Positions 19,007-29,600 of a stretch of DNA of 64,000 nucleotides are shown one piece after another. A program made the position numbers and the translations under genes. Source of the stretch: an uncultured virus (IMG/VR IMGVR_UViG_3300009431_000005) (lineage: Duplodnaviria; Heunggongvirae; Uroviricota; Caudoviricetes). The notes beneath the pieces are model-generated. The model saw only the letters and a program-made list of their open reading frames with translations, ran no database searches and was not told the origin of the DNA. How positions within the stretch are numbered: the stretch's first letter is position 1; every line of letters begins with the position of its first letter. Where the stretch lies: the IMG/VR virus record IMGVR_UViG_3300009431_000005; one strand, 5' to 3'.

Positions 19007-19425
19007 CAGGCACCTCCAGCAACGCTGACGCTGGTCTTCTTCAGGAGCACGCTGCGCTCCTGGAGGTTCTCCAAGTCGGAGCGCAAGGCGAAGGTCACGC
19101 CGACCTCGACATGCTCAGGCTCCGGGGACGCGACCGACACGTCCTGGATGACGAGATGTGGACAGGAACGAGTCGCGGTGTCCCGCACGACGAGCTTCAC
19201 AAGTTCGAACTCCGCCGCGATGGGCTCGAAGAGGAGGTCGTACAGCGTCGTGCCGAATGAGCGGTTCATCGGGCGGCCGTTCTGAGGAGTGAACAGCGCG
19301 ATCATCAGGTCGCTCCAGGCCACGTCGATCTGAGAGGCCGAGGGGAAATACCCCCCGGCTCCGCGCCGCGTCGGTAGCGCAAGCCCTCGCAGTTCGGTCG
19401 CCGTCTGAAACTCGCCGGATGCCAT
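19006..19425 (-). CDS. Baseplate gp25/GPW-like sheath initiator
   Basis: LFTPQNGRPMNRSFGTTLYDLLFEP. Confidence 0.85.
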   Translation of the reverse strand: MASGEFQTATELRGLALPTRRGAGGYFPSASQIDVAWSDLMIALFTPQNGRPMNRSFGTTLYDLLFEPIAAEFELVKLVVRDTATRSCPHLVIQDVSVASPEPEHVEVGVTFALRSDLENLQERSVLLKKTSVSVAGGA

Positions 19426-19440
19426 GAGGCGGACAGTCTA

Positions 19441-19740
19441 TCAATTCATGAAGACGGGGGCAGCACTCGCTCCAACCAGCGTGCCGCCAAACCAGCCCGT
19501 CCCGAGGTTCGTCACTGCGCCGATCAGATAGACCAGCTTCCCCTCGACGAGCGTCTTCGTGGTGGTCGGAGCACCACTCACAATCGGGCCACCCCCAGTC
19601 AGCGCAGAGCCGAACAGGCAGACCGAGGCTCCGCGCACGAAGACCTTAGTCGAGCCGCCCAGGAGCGGGAACGATGCCACCTTGTCCGGCGGCTGGTAGT
19701 AGGCGACCCCGTTGTCGCCCTGCACTGCGGGGAGTCCCAT
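19441..19740 (-). CDS. PAAR-like spike tip protein
   Basis: 99 aa with three pseudo-repeats (GSTKVFVRG, TKTLVEG, APVFMN), located downstream of the spike gene. Confidence 0.6.
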   Translation of the reverse strand: MGLPAVQGDNGVAYYQPPDKVASFPLLGGSTKVFVRGASVCLFGSALTGGGPIVSGAPTTTKTLVEGKLVYLIGAVTNLGTGWFGGTLVGASAAPVFMN

Positions 19741-20396
19741 CAGGTGAGAGACGCGCGTAGCGCCTTGAACTTGGCCTCGGCGTTCATGAGCTTCTGGACG
19801 ATGGCTGCCGAGTTCCCCGAGAGGCCAGAGGGGACACCGTTCGCCATGTCGAAGTCCTGGATGACAGTCGCAAACTCCTCGTACGGCCCGGCCTGATACT
19901 CCTCCGTGCCGCAGACCGCGAGGACCGTCGCAGAGATCAGGACCGCGTTCGCATACGTGACCGAATCGAACCGCAGCCGCTCCATCTCCTTCGTGTACTT
20001 ACGCGCGACGCCGATGAGCTTCGCGTTGTCCGATGAGCTGAGCCCCGCTTCGTACGTCTCCCGCGCCTCCTGGATCTCGCCCGCCTTGAGGTCCTTGACC
20101 TTCTGAAGCTGCACCGTCGGGTCGAGGTCCTGGATGTCCGCGAGTGTGAGCCCCAGCGCGAGCGGCAGTAGCGGGCAGGTGATGTACTCCAGGATGTCCG
20201 TGAAGCTGATCGAGAGGGGGCTCGGAATGGCTCCGGCTGCCGAGTCGATGTCATCTCCCGCGAAACCGACGACGTCCTTCGCCGCTTGGTCGAAGTACGA
20301 GGTCGCGTTGATGATCGCGCGGACCTTGTCCAGCTCGACCTGCACGATCTTTCGCAGCGAGTAGATGACTGCGTCGGGGCAGCCACAGATAGCCAT
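19740..20396 (-). CDS. Hypothetical helical baseplate-region protein
   Basis: 218-aa ORF with TAGGAG RBS, coupled to the PAAR-like gene. Confidence 0.7.
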   Translation of the reverse strand: MAICGCPDAVIYSLRKIVQVELDKVRAIINATSYFDQAAKDVVGFAGDDIDSAAGAIPSPLSISFTDILEYITCPLLPLALGLTLADIQDLDPTVQLQKVKDLKAGEIQEARETYEAGLSSSDNAKLIGVARKYTKEMERLRFDSVTYANAVLISATVLAVCGTEEYQAGPYEEFATVIQDFDMANGVPSGLSGNSAAIVQKLMNAEAKFKALRASLT

Positions 20397-20437
20397 TTTC
20401 GGGGCCTCCTACGGTGAAGGGGGGTGAGTCCGGGGCT

Positions 20438-20460
20438 GCCGTTGGCAGCCTGCCACTGGC
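20438..20460. repeat. 23-bp near-palindromic intergenic element, copy 2
   Basis: GCCGTTGGCAGCCTGCCACTGGC, identical to copy 1; 7 nt past the spike stop codon. Confidence 0.85.
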
Positions 20461-20467
20461 AATCCTA

Positions 20468-21664
20468 TCAGCCGATCAGGATGACGCCACCGTCGATCGA
20501 AGTCGTCGCGGAGCCTTCCATCGTCAGTAGCGAGGATGCCGAGATGTCGATGGTGGGAGCCTCCAGCTCGACGCGGGAGCTGGATGCCAGCTTGGCAACG
20601 CCGGTCGACTCGATCGTCGCGTTCCCGGCCACGGTCACGTCACAGTTCGCAGAGACGTCCAGGGTCGCCGCTCCGGCCACAGTCACGTCGCAATTCGCCC
20701 CCACGTCGACCGTCGCGGAGCCGCCCACGGTGATCTCAGCGTCGGCGGTGGCCTCAATCTCGATCTTGTCGGAGCTTTCGATCCGGAGCAGCCCACCCGT
20801 GGACTGCACGAGAATCGTCTCCCCGTCGACGTTGATCGGGCCGTCGCAATGGACGTTCGCCTCGGTCGTGATGTTGACGTTGGTCGTAGCGGAGCAGGTG
20901 ATGTTGATGTCGCCGATCACGTCGACGTCGGCCTGACCCGCCACGTCGACGTCGAGCGCATCTCCCGACTCGGCCTTGATGAGCGAGTCGGCCCGGATGT
21001 CCACGGTGTCGGTGGTCTTGGGGGCCAACGCCCCCATCACTTCATCCTCGTACCTCCCGATGTTGATGGTGTTCGCAGAGCGGATCGTCACCACGTCCTC
21101 GCAGACGACGGAGCACTCGTCCGCCACCTGAGCAAAGACCTTCCCGGCCTCGACCGTGACCTCGCTCGCCTCCAGGACCTGGACCTGCGGGGACCTCACC
21201 ATCACCCGCGCGTCCGTCTCGATCTTGACCGACCCTTCCTCGCCGTGAATCGTCACGGTCGACTCGGTGGATTGCAGCTCGATGAAGCCGTTGTCCGGGT
21301 CCATCAGGATGCGATTCCCGAAGCGGTCGGTCCGAATCCACACGCGCTGCAAACGCTCGTAGTCGCCCGTCTGCTCCGCAGGCAGATCCGGCGTCCCCCC
21401 GCCGTACGAAAGCCACCCGCCCATGATGACGGGGAAGCGGCGGTCGCCGCGCTCGAAGCACACGAAGACGAGATCGCCGACCTCGAAGTGGGGGATGTCG
21501 CCAAAGCCCTTCCCGGCGAAGGTGCAGAACTCGGCCCAGGGCAGCTTGTCGACGGGCACCTCGTCGCGGTGGACGTTCACCACGCGCACGCGGTATCGCT
21601 TGCGCTGCTCGGAGTCGACCGTCTTCTCGATCAGCCCCCTCCAGATCCCCGGGTAGCTGGGCAT
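20468..21664 (-). CDS. Baseplate central spike (gp5/gpV/VgrG-like OB-fold plus beta-helix)
   Basis: DSEQRKRYRVRV...LPWA...PHFEVGDLVFVCFERGDRRFPVIMG; 8-aa VxGxxxxx beta-helix repeats. Confidence 0.9.
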   Translation of the reverse strand: MPSYPGIWRGLIEKTVDSEQRKRYRVRVVNVHRDEVPVDKLPWAEFCTFAGKGFGDIPHFEVGDLVFVCFERGDRRFPVIMGGWLSYGGGTPDLPAEQTGDYERLQRVWIRTDRFGNRILMDPDNGFIELQSTESTVTIHGEEGSVKIETDARVMVRSPQVQVLEASEVTVEAGKVFAQVADECSVVCEDVVTIRSANTINIGRYEDEVMGALAPKTTDTVDIRADSLIKAESGDALDVDVAGQADVDVIGDINITCSATTNVNITTEANVHCDGPINVDGETILVQSTGGLLRIESSDKIEIEATADAEITVGGSATVDVGANCDVTVAGAATLDVSANCDVTVAGNATIESTGVAKLASSSRVELEAPTIDISASSLLTMEGSATTSIDGGVILIG

Positions 21665-22896
21665 CAGGTCTCGACCTCCAGCTCAAAGCCCGTGGAGCCC
21701 GAGGACGCCGGGGGCGAGTTCACCTGCGTCGAGGAGACCGAGACGGTGCCCTCGACGTTCGCAATGCCGGAGCGCAGGACCTCGTACTCCGTGACCCACT
21801 CCGAGGTGTCGACGGTGTGCTTGCGACGGAAGACCTGGAAGCGGCCGGACAGATAATGCAGGCGGCCGTCGGACTTCACGTAGTCGATCTGCACATAGTC
21901 GGTCATCCGCACGCGGTGCGTCCCGTGGACCTGCAGCACGCCCTGGTACTCGTACCGACGGAACTCGTCGAAGCGAGCCTGCGCGAGACGTGCAAGCTCC
22001 GCCGGGTCTCGCGTCGCAAGGTCCACGTACGCATGGGTGCCGGTCCCATAATCCGCCTTCGCACCGCTGTCGGACTGCACCGGGCTGCCACCGCTGCCCA
22101 CGCCGCCGACCACGCTCGAAGTCCTCTGCGTCGAGGAGCCGAGCAGGGAGCCCGCACCGCCGAAGCTCGTGTTCCCGCCGCCCATCAGCTTCCCGAACAG
22201 CGACACGTCGGCGGGGGCAAAGCTGATCACGTCGCCCGCAATCGCACGCGCGTACGTGAAGGCGTGGACCTCCGGCGAGAGATAGTCCGGCGTCCGGAAG
22301 TGCATCTGGTTCTTCTCGTCGAAGAAGAACACGTAGCCGCCCTCCCCTGCCGCGTTCACCGCCTGCGGCCGAAGCTGCTCCGAGATGAACTGCAGGTCGC
22401 TCTCGCCCGTCGAGGAGAAGGGCTCTGCGACGCCTTCGTTCGTCGGCTCGATGAACGCCTCCCACCCGCGATCGTCGGCGATCTGCTCCACCATCTCGCT
22501 GACGAGCAGGCCCGACTCGAAAGAGCGGATCTTCTTGTCCGCCATCGACGGCAGGACGGGTCGCGCGACCAGCTCGATCGTCAGTGTGATCCCGTGCGGC
22601 TCGAACGTCGGCTCGTACGTGACGATGCCGCCCTCGTACTCCAGCGTCTCGGTCGGGAAGGCGTCGCCGCGTCCAAAGCGGAGCTTCAGGTAGCGGTCGA
22701 GCCCGGCAGCGATGACGAGGCTCTCCAGGAAGTCCCCCTCGCGGTCGAACAGGACGAGCGTCCCGATCCAAGAGCCGCCGGACACCTCCTCGATTTCGAG
22801 CGACTGAAAGAACTGATCCGAGCGGAGCGGCACGGCCGTCCCACCCGAAAACAGCGTCATCTCGATGAAGAGGGGTGCAAGGGAACCTGTCGGCAT
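21664..22896 (-). CDS. Baseplate hub (gp27/late-control-D-like)
   Basis: GESDLQFISEQL, YVFFFDEKNQMHF, YLSGRFQV...HTV; directly upstream of the spike gene. Confidence 0.8.
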   Translation of the reverse strand: MPTGSLAPLFIEMTLFSGGTAVPLRSDQFFQSLEIEEVSGGSWIGTLVLFDREGDFLESLVIAAGLDRYLKLRFGRGDAFPTETLEYEGGIVTYEPTFEPHGITLTIELVARPVLPSMADKKIRSFESGLLVSEMVEQIADDRGWEAFIEPTNEGVAEPFSSTGESDLQFISEQLRPQAVNAAGEGGYVFFFDEKNQMHFRTPDYLSPEVHAFTYARAIAGDVISFAPADVSLFGKLMGGGNTSFGGAGSLLGSSTQRTSSVVGGVGSGGSPVQSDSGAKADYGTGTHAYVDLATRDPAELARLAQARFDEFRRYEYQGVLQVHGTHRVRMTDYVQIDYVKSDGRLHYLSGRFQVFRRKHTVDTSEWVTEYEVLRSGIANVEGTVSVSSTQVNSPPASSGSTGFELEVET

Positions 22897-22901
22897 CTAC
22901 G

Positions 22902-23447
22902 TCACTGCCATTGACCCTGGAATCGGTAGCCGAGATCCGCTTGGAACCGGCGGACGACCGAGAAGGTGGCCTGGAACTCGCAGGTGTGCGGGAGGAGGGT
23001 GTCCGGGTCGACGGGACCCTTCCATTGGGGGTCGCCCCCGGTGAGCACCACGCGCGCTGTGAGGAGCGCGCCGATCTTGAGGATGCACGCGGGCGGCGGG
23101 TACGAGAGGTCCTGCTGAGGCGAGTACAGCGGGTACTTGAGGGCGTCGAGGAAGCGACCGGCCATCACGACCTCGGAGAGCAGATCACCGTCCTGAACCT
23201 GGAAGGTGAAGTTGAGGGTGATCTCGCGCGAGGGCAGTCCGACGAACGCCTTGTACGGCTCCGCACGTCCGATCACGTCGGTGTCGGCGTAGTTGGGCGC
23301 GACCGATTCGCCGACGCCCTGCTCGAAGTCGACATAGGTGAAGCGCAGCGTGTCCCCGTACGGGTGCTGCCAAAGCGCCTTCACCGCCGGATCGAGCGAG
23401 GGGTCGATCCGGAGAAAGGCGAGATCACCAAGTGTTGCGTCGGGCAT
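22902..23447 (-). CDS. Tail tube initiator (gp48/gp54/CIS-tube-like)
   Basis: YADTDVIGRAEP...SREITLNF...YPPPACILKIG; located after the tape measure gene. Confidence 0.75.
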   Translation of the reverse strand: MPDATLGDLAFLRIDPSLDPAVKALWQHPYGDTLRFTYVDFEQGVGESVAPNYADTDVIGRAEPYKAFVGLPSREITLNFTFQVQDGDLLSEVVMAGRFLDALKYPLYSPQQDLSYPPPACILKIGALLTARVVLTGGDPQWKGPVDPDTLLPHTCEFQATFSVVRRFQADLGYRFQGQWQ

Positions 23448-23449
23448 AC

Positions 23450-26400
23450 CTAGTGGGCGAAGTTCGCCACCTCACGGGTGAAAGGGCTCGCGGTCTTCTT
23501 GGGGCCAGCGGTCACAGCCTCCGTCGGACCCGCCCCGACCTTGAGCAAGTCGTTCCCCGACATGATGGCCGAGAGGATCTGACGGAGAAGGGTGTTGTTC
23601 TGCCGCATCTCGTCCTGCACCGCGTCGTTGAGCCCTGCCTCCGCCACGGCGTTGATGACCGTCTCGATTTGGGCGGGCGTGAACGCAGCGGAGGCCGACT
23701 TCTGCCGGAGGGACGTAGCGCGGTCGAACTCCAAGCGCATGTCACCGAGGGCGCGTGCGATCGAAGTCGCGTGCTCGCGGATCTTCTCCGCCGGGTCGTC
23801 CCCGAAGATACCGGAGAGGAGCCCGCCGCCGGGCAGGTCCTCGATCGCGTTCAAGAGGTGCCCGTAGGCGTCGACGAATCCGACCGCCGCGTACGTCTGC
23901 TTCTTCGCAGCCTCGACCATCGCGGGGCCGGAGGCCATGACCGCCATGTCCCCGACGATGGCGTCGAGCGCGCCCGCGAGGCCCATGCTCAGCTCAGAGC
24001 CCCCAGAGGCGAGCCTGAAGGCCCCCACGCCGAGCGCAGCGGTTCCGAAGGCTGCCCCGAGGGCAATCACCGCAGCGGCCAGAGAGCCCAGCCCAGCGGC
24101 CACAGAGAGCAAGGCGGGACCCATCGCCACGAGGTTCGCCGGGTTGGCGCTGGTCAGCTCCTTGAAGACGAGCACCATGCGGTCGAGCGTGCCCAGGAAG
24201 ACCTCCCCGGCCGTCTCGATGAAGGTCTGGAAGAGTGGGACTGCGAGTCCGAACGCATCCACCGCAGCACCCATCGCCGTCTCGACGACCTTCCCGAGCA
24301 CCTTCAGGGCAGGCGTAGCGATCCGCGCCGCAGCCGCAATCGCCAGGATCGCCACGATCAGGGTCACGCTGAACGCGATACCGGGCGGGCTCAGGAGGAC
24401 GGCTCCGAGCGCAGCGATGCCGCCCGCGAGAGTGGTCATCCCAGCCGCGAGGCCCGCGAAGAAACCGCCCGACCCGACAGCTCCGGCCGCGCCGCCCGCA
24501 GCCTTGCCGATCGAGCCGATGGCCGTAGCAGCACCCCCGGCCTTCTTGCCGAAGGACAGCATCCCGCCCATCTTCCCGAAGACCTTGCCGAGCCCGAGCA
24601 GCTTCCCGCCGGTCAGGACTGCCGTGCCGCCCATCTTGGCGAGCATCCCGATCGCCAGGATCGAGGTCGGGCCGAACTCCTTGATGCCGTCGATCACCTC
24701 CGCGACGGAGAAGTTGAGCCCCGGGATCTCCTTGGCGGTGAGCTGCCCCATCTTCTTCTGGAACCACTCGAAGGCGGTGGTGTTGTTCTCTACGCCCTCC
24801 GCAAGACCGCTCATCGCACCTGCAACGTCGTCCACACCCCCTTGCATCCCTCCGAGCTTGTCGAGAGTGCCATTGATCTTGTCGACGTTCTTCCCGAGCA
24901 GCGCGAACTCCGCAGCGGTACCCTCGAATCCGAGAGTCTCACGCAGACTTTCGAGCGCGGCTGTCTGACCCGTAGCGGTGAGCATCTGGATCTTCCCGGC
25001 CAGCCCATCGAGCATTCCGGTGAGATCCCCTTTCTTGAAAGCCTCCTGAAGTTCAGCTTGCGTCTTCCCAAAGGTCAGAGACACCTGCTGCATGGCCTCG
25101 ATCTCACCACCCATCGCACGCGAGAGCAGGCCCGTCATCTGATCGGTCGAACCCGCCCAGTTGTCCGACAGCGACGCACCGAGTCGCGCCATGTTGGTGA
25201 GAATCGCAGCGCGGTCTGCTTCAGTCTCCTTGAGCAGAGCCGGGCCGAGTGCTGCGATATTCGCCTGCATGTCCTGCACGAGCTGCTCCGCGTCAGACGC
25301 GGAGTTCTGCGAGAACATCCGGATGTTGTTGAAGGTCGAGGCGACCTGTCCGTCGGTGAGATCGAGGGCGTCACTCAATCTGTAGGCTGCCTCTCCGAGC
25401 GTGTTGACCTGCGCCGTAGACGCCTTGGCCATCCGCGTCACAGCCGGGGTCAGGGCCAGCATCGCACGCCGGTCGCGCATCCCTGCCTCGGCCATGCCTT
25501 CCAGCGCTTCGCTCATCTCGTTGACGTTGAGGTCTGCAACACCCGCGAGTTCCCCAGCCTCCTTCTTGAACTCTCGCAGCTCGCTCCGACTCAGCCCAAG
25601 CATCCGGTTGAGCTGGTTCATGTTGGCGACGAAGCTCTCCGTCTGATCGCCCTCGAGCTGACTGAAGGCGTCGGACGCGCCGCCTTGTAGCTGGCTGAAG
25701 GTGTCGCTCAGCGAGTCCACGGCCTTGCTGATGGCGAGGAAGCGCGCGGGTCCGATGACCTTCCCGAGCAGCTTCTGCATCACGGTCGTGTTCTCCTCGC
25801 CCGCCTCGGTGAACTCGTTGAGCCGTCCGGTAGCGTCCTTGATGGACGGGGCGAGTCGCACGCGCGTCGCGTACGAGAGGTTGCCCGCCATGTCGGTGAG
25901 CGTGGCAACCTTGTCCGCGAGCTGCGTTACTCCCTTGTCGTACAGGCGGATGTCGGCAGGCGAGCCGAGCCCGGCGTCGATGGCCTCCTTGAGCTTCCCG
26001 AGCCCACCGGAGAGGTTCTCGATGTCGGCGATGACCGTGCTCAGCTCGCCGACCGGAGCGCCGCCCGCGCCCACGTCCGCAAGCGCGTCCATGAGCTTGT
26101 CGGTGACCTCCGGCGTGAGCACCATCTCGCCCTTCGTCAGCAACGCGGGGATCTGGTCGACGCCTCCCGGTCCGTCCGCGATACCACCCTTGGCGAACTT
26201 GCGAGGCTCCAGGCGGCCGGTCATGTCCGGCGGCTGCGCCATGTACGAGTACAGCGTCCGCAGCGAGAACGAGGTGTCGAAGTAGCCGAGGCGCTTCTTC
26301 GGGAACGTCACTCCGAGCCGGATGAGTGCGCCCGCGAGGGCTTTCGAGACAGCCTGCGCGATGGCCTGCGAGAGCAGCTTCCGGTCCTTCGCCTGAAAGA

Positions 26401-26680
26401 CGAGGTTGAGCGGCTGCGAGATCGGCTTGATCTTGGCCTGGAGCGCCTTCAGCGCGGCCGAATATCCCTGCGAGACCTGCTGCGGGAGTTGCTTCCATCC
26501 CGCCACGAACGCACCGAGATGGCCCATCCCGTGCGTCGCCACGTCGTACAGGCGGCGGTTCCACTTCTCGATCTGCCCGACGAACTTCTGATAGTTCGCC
26601 GCAGCCGTAGCCAGCGTCGGGGTGAGCTGGTCTTCCGCCTGCAGGTAGAAGCCGATCGCGTCTGCTGAGAAAGCCGCCAT
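23450..26680 (-). CDS. Tape measure protein
   Basis: 1076 aa Ala/Gly-rich helical protein with hydrophobic segments and FAKGGIADGPGGVDQIPALLTKGEMVL motif. Confidence 0.85.
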   Translation of the reverse strand: MAAFSADAIGFYLQAEDQLTPTLATAAANYQKFVGQIEKWNRRLYDVATHGMGHLGAFVAGWKQLPQQVSQGYSAALKALQAKIKPISQPLNLVFQAKDRKLLSQAIAQAVSKALAGALIRLGVTFPKKRLGYFDTSFSLRTLYSYMAQPPDMTGRLEPRKFAKGGIADGPGGVDQIPALLTKGEMVLTPEVTDKLMDALADVGAGGAPVGELSTVIADIENLSGGLGKLKEAIDAGLGSPADIRLYDKGVTQLADKVATLTDMAGNLSYATRVRLAPSIKDATGRLNEFTEAGEENTTVMQKLLGKVIGPARFLAISKAVDSLSDTFSQLQGGASDAFSQLEGDQTESFVANMNQLNRMLGLSRSELREFKKEAGELAGVADLNVNEMSEALEGMAEAGMRDRRAMLALTPAVTRMAKASTAQVNTLGEAAYRLSDALDLTDGQVASTFNNIRMFSQNSASDAEQLVQDMQANIAALGPALLKETEADRAAILTNMARLGASLSDNWAGSTDQMTGLLSRAMGGEIEAMQQVSLTFGKTQAELQEAFKKGDLTGMLDGLAGKIQMLTATGQTAALESLRETLGFEGTAAEFALLGKNVDKINGTLDKLGGMQGGVDDVAGAMSGLAEGVENNTTAFEWFQKKMGQLTAKEIPGLNFSVAEVIDGIKEFGPTSILAIGMLAKMGGTAVLTGGKLLGLGKVFGKMGGMLSFGKKAGGAATAIGSIGKAAGGAAGAVGSGGFFAGLAAGMTTLAGGIAALGAVLLSPPGIAFSVTLIVAILAIAAAARIATPALKVLGKVVETAMGAAVDAFGLAVPLFQTFIETAGEVFLGTLDRMVLVFKELTSANPANLVAMGPALLSVAAGLGSLAAAVIALGAAFGTAALGVGAFRLASGGSELSMGLAGALDAIVGDMAVMASGPAMVEAAKKQTYAAVGFVDAYGHLLNAIEDLPGGGLLSGIFGDDPAEKIREHATSIARALGDMRLEFDRATSLRQKSASAAFTPAQIETVINAVAEAGLNDAVQDEMRQNNTLLRQILSAIMSGNDLLKVGAGPTEAVTAGPKKTASPFTREVANFAH

Positions 26681-26692
26681 GCCGTCATCCTA

Positions 26693-29600
26693 TCACGAGG
26701 GCCTTCGAGCCACGAACTGCCGAACACGGTCGCGGGACGGAATCACAAGCGCAGATCCAACCTCCATGATCTCGGGGTCCTCGATCGCATTCGCGTACGC
26801 AATGACCCACCACAGGCTCTCGTTCCCAGGCCCATAGAACTCGACGGCAAGGCGGTCGAGGAAGCCCAGGTCGCGCTCGCGCACGCGGTGGATCTGGAAG
26901 TCCTCGCCGACCGAGTAGAAGTCGTCGAGCACGCTCATCACGTCGAACTCGGGGCCGTCGTCGCGGTCCGCATCGCGGAAGACGGCGGTGAGCTTGTAGC
27001 GCGAGTCCTCCGCCACGCGGATCGTGACGCGCGCCGCAGCTTCCTCTTCGCGCAGGAGGAAGAGGGACTCGGTGATCGTGACCGTGAGATCCTCGACGCT
27101 GGGAGGGGCCTCCGTCTCCGCGCCGGGGATGGTGATGGTCTCGGTCTCGCCGTTGTCGAACCCGTCGTCCTCCATCCGGAACCAGAGCGAGCGCCAGACC
27201 TGCGAGCCGTCGAGCACGGCCTGGACCACGAAGCGAATCCGCTTGTCCTTCCAGTTCTGCCCGTACGGGATCGTGAACGTGTCGATCTGATTCCGGTTGA
27301 CGCTGAACGTGCCCTGGTCGTAGTAGTCGGCCTGACAGACGACCTCGGTGCTGCCATCGACGAGTTCGACCTCCCACCACGAGATGACAGGTCCGGCGTC
27401 CGTCGGTCCGGCGTTCCCCGTCGCGGTGACGTTGTGCCCGGTGGCAGAGACCACGACGCTGACGATGGTGGGGAGCGGGTCGCCATAGATGGTCCCGCCC
27501 GGCGTCCCGCCGGAGTCGTCCTCGGGCTCCATCACCACGTACGGCGAGTCAGAGTACGGGAAGTCGCTGATCTCGAAGCTGTCGAGCACCGACGGCGCGA
27601 GCATCGCGCGGTGCGGGATGCGGTTCCACTCGATCGCGGTGCCGTCCTCAAGGCCCGTAGCGGAGAGGTTCCCCGAACCGTTGACGGGCGTCGTGATCGC
27701 GTTGTTGGTCGTGCCCTCGCTGTCGTACGAGCCGCGCGTCGCCGCCACGCGCACGTCGTTGCTGAGCGGCAGGTGCGTCGCCGCGATGTCCAGCGCCGGG
27801 GCGTTGTTGATCGCGTTCTTCAGGTTCGTCAGCGTCGTATAGACGTCACCCGCTGCGATGACGACCCGACGCATCACGTCGGTCTCCATGACGCTGGCGT
27901 TGTCGTCGAACTCGAAGGTGACTGCGGCGTTCGTCCCGTCGTCGATCCGGAACTGGTCGCCGTCGTCGGGCACATCGGACAGAGAGCAGGTGCCGGTCGA
28001 GACGCGGATCGGCGCGGCGGTGGGCTCGCTGTCCGGCGCGGTCCACTCGCGCGTGCCGTAGTCGGCGGGGATGCGACACCGCCCCGCGTCCGCCGGGGGG
28101 ACGTACCGGAAACGCTCGGGATAGTCGTCGTCGCCGATGATCCCCGACGAATGCACGGCCTGCTGGTACCCGTAGAAAATCTGCTCGATCTGCGCGATCG
28201 ACAGGCACGCGGGAACAGCCACCGCCGCCATATAGTCGCAGTCGTCGAGGAAGACGATCCCGGTGCGATCCTGATAGTCGTTCGTGCCCGCGCTCGACGG
28301 ATCAACGTACAGCGCGCCGTTGATGTACAGGTCGGCGCTGTCGTCGACGCAGTTGTACCGGAAGGCGAGGTTGAAGTTGCGGTTCTCACCCGGCGCGAAG
28401 GCAGAGGTGGTGAAGGTGAGGATCGCGTTCGGGTTGCCCGACCCGGCATTGTCCGCGCCGATCGTCGCTTCGAGCGTCTGCGTCAGGCGGTCGAAGCGCA
28501 GCTCCAGGTGGTAGCACTCGAAGAAGATGACCGTGTTCGTCCCCGAGGGCTTGAAGCCGATGATGACGATGGTGAGGTCGCCCGGACCCGTCCGCCAATC
28601 GTCCACGTCAGCGACGTTCGGGTTGGTGTGCGTGACGTTATAGAGACGCCGCGACGGGTACGAGTCGGACGAGAGGACCCGAGTGGAGTTGAGGTTCTGA
28701 ACGCGCACCTCCGAGTCGGACACGTCGCTGAAGTCGACGTTCCACTCGTTCCTCTTCAGGAAGGGCTTGGACACGTCGCCCGGGATGATCCACGGCGTGT
28801 TCCCTGCGAGTCCGATCTCCAGGCGGTAGCTCTGCTCGCTGTCGAACCACTGAGAGAAGCGGTCGTTGGTCTCGTTGCTCTCGATGTCCTCGGGCAGCCA
28901 CGCGACGCGCAGGTTCGCGGTCACCACGTCTTCGTGCAGGTTGCCCTCGGAGGTGATCTTCGCCACGTCGCCCGAGGAGAGCACCGCATCCCACGCGGCC
29001 ACGAGGGAGATCGCGCCATTCCAGAAGTTCGCGCCGTCGTTCGAGGGCTCCTCACAGCCCATCGAGAAGGGCTCGGTGTTGGAGGCCATCGCACCCGGCG
29101 AGCCCGTGGGGTTCTGCGTCCCCTGGCTCGACGAGCCGTCCACGTACAGGTTGAGCGCAGGACCCGTCGAGGTGTACGTGAAGACGAGCACCGTGCGCTT
29201 GCGGATGCCCACCACACCCGCCGCGTCCGTGCCGACGTTCGTAGTGCGCTCGACCAGATCAGTCGTCCCGTCGAGTGAAGTGCAGATGCGCACCGTGCAT
29301 TCGCCCGTGGTGGCGTTCCACTCCACGCGCCAGCCCGCCTGCGTGTCGGTCGGGTTGTGCTTGGCGATCACCGTGCCCGTCGTCCCGACATGGACAGCCT
29401 CGGGGTCGAAGACCACGGCGCAGGAGAAGGCGGTGCCGCCGTTGAGGTACGAGTCGCTCGCGGTGCGCGCGAGGAAGTTGCTCCCGTTGAAGTACACAAT
29501 CGGCGGCGACTTTCGCAGCCCATAGAGCCCGATGTCGACATCGGTGACCACAGAGGTCGCCAGGACCGTAGGCGAGTCCCCCGACGCAGCGATGTCGACG

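Noticed and set aside
24780..25700. Apparently more A/T-rich codon endings in part of the tape measure gene (recent recombination?)
   Set aside because: Visual impression only; needs a GC3 sliding-window calculation
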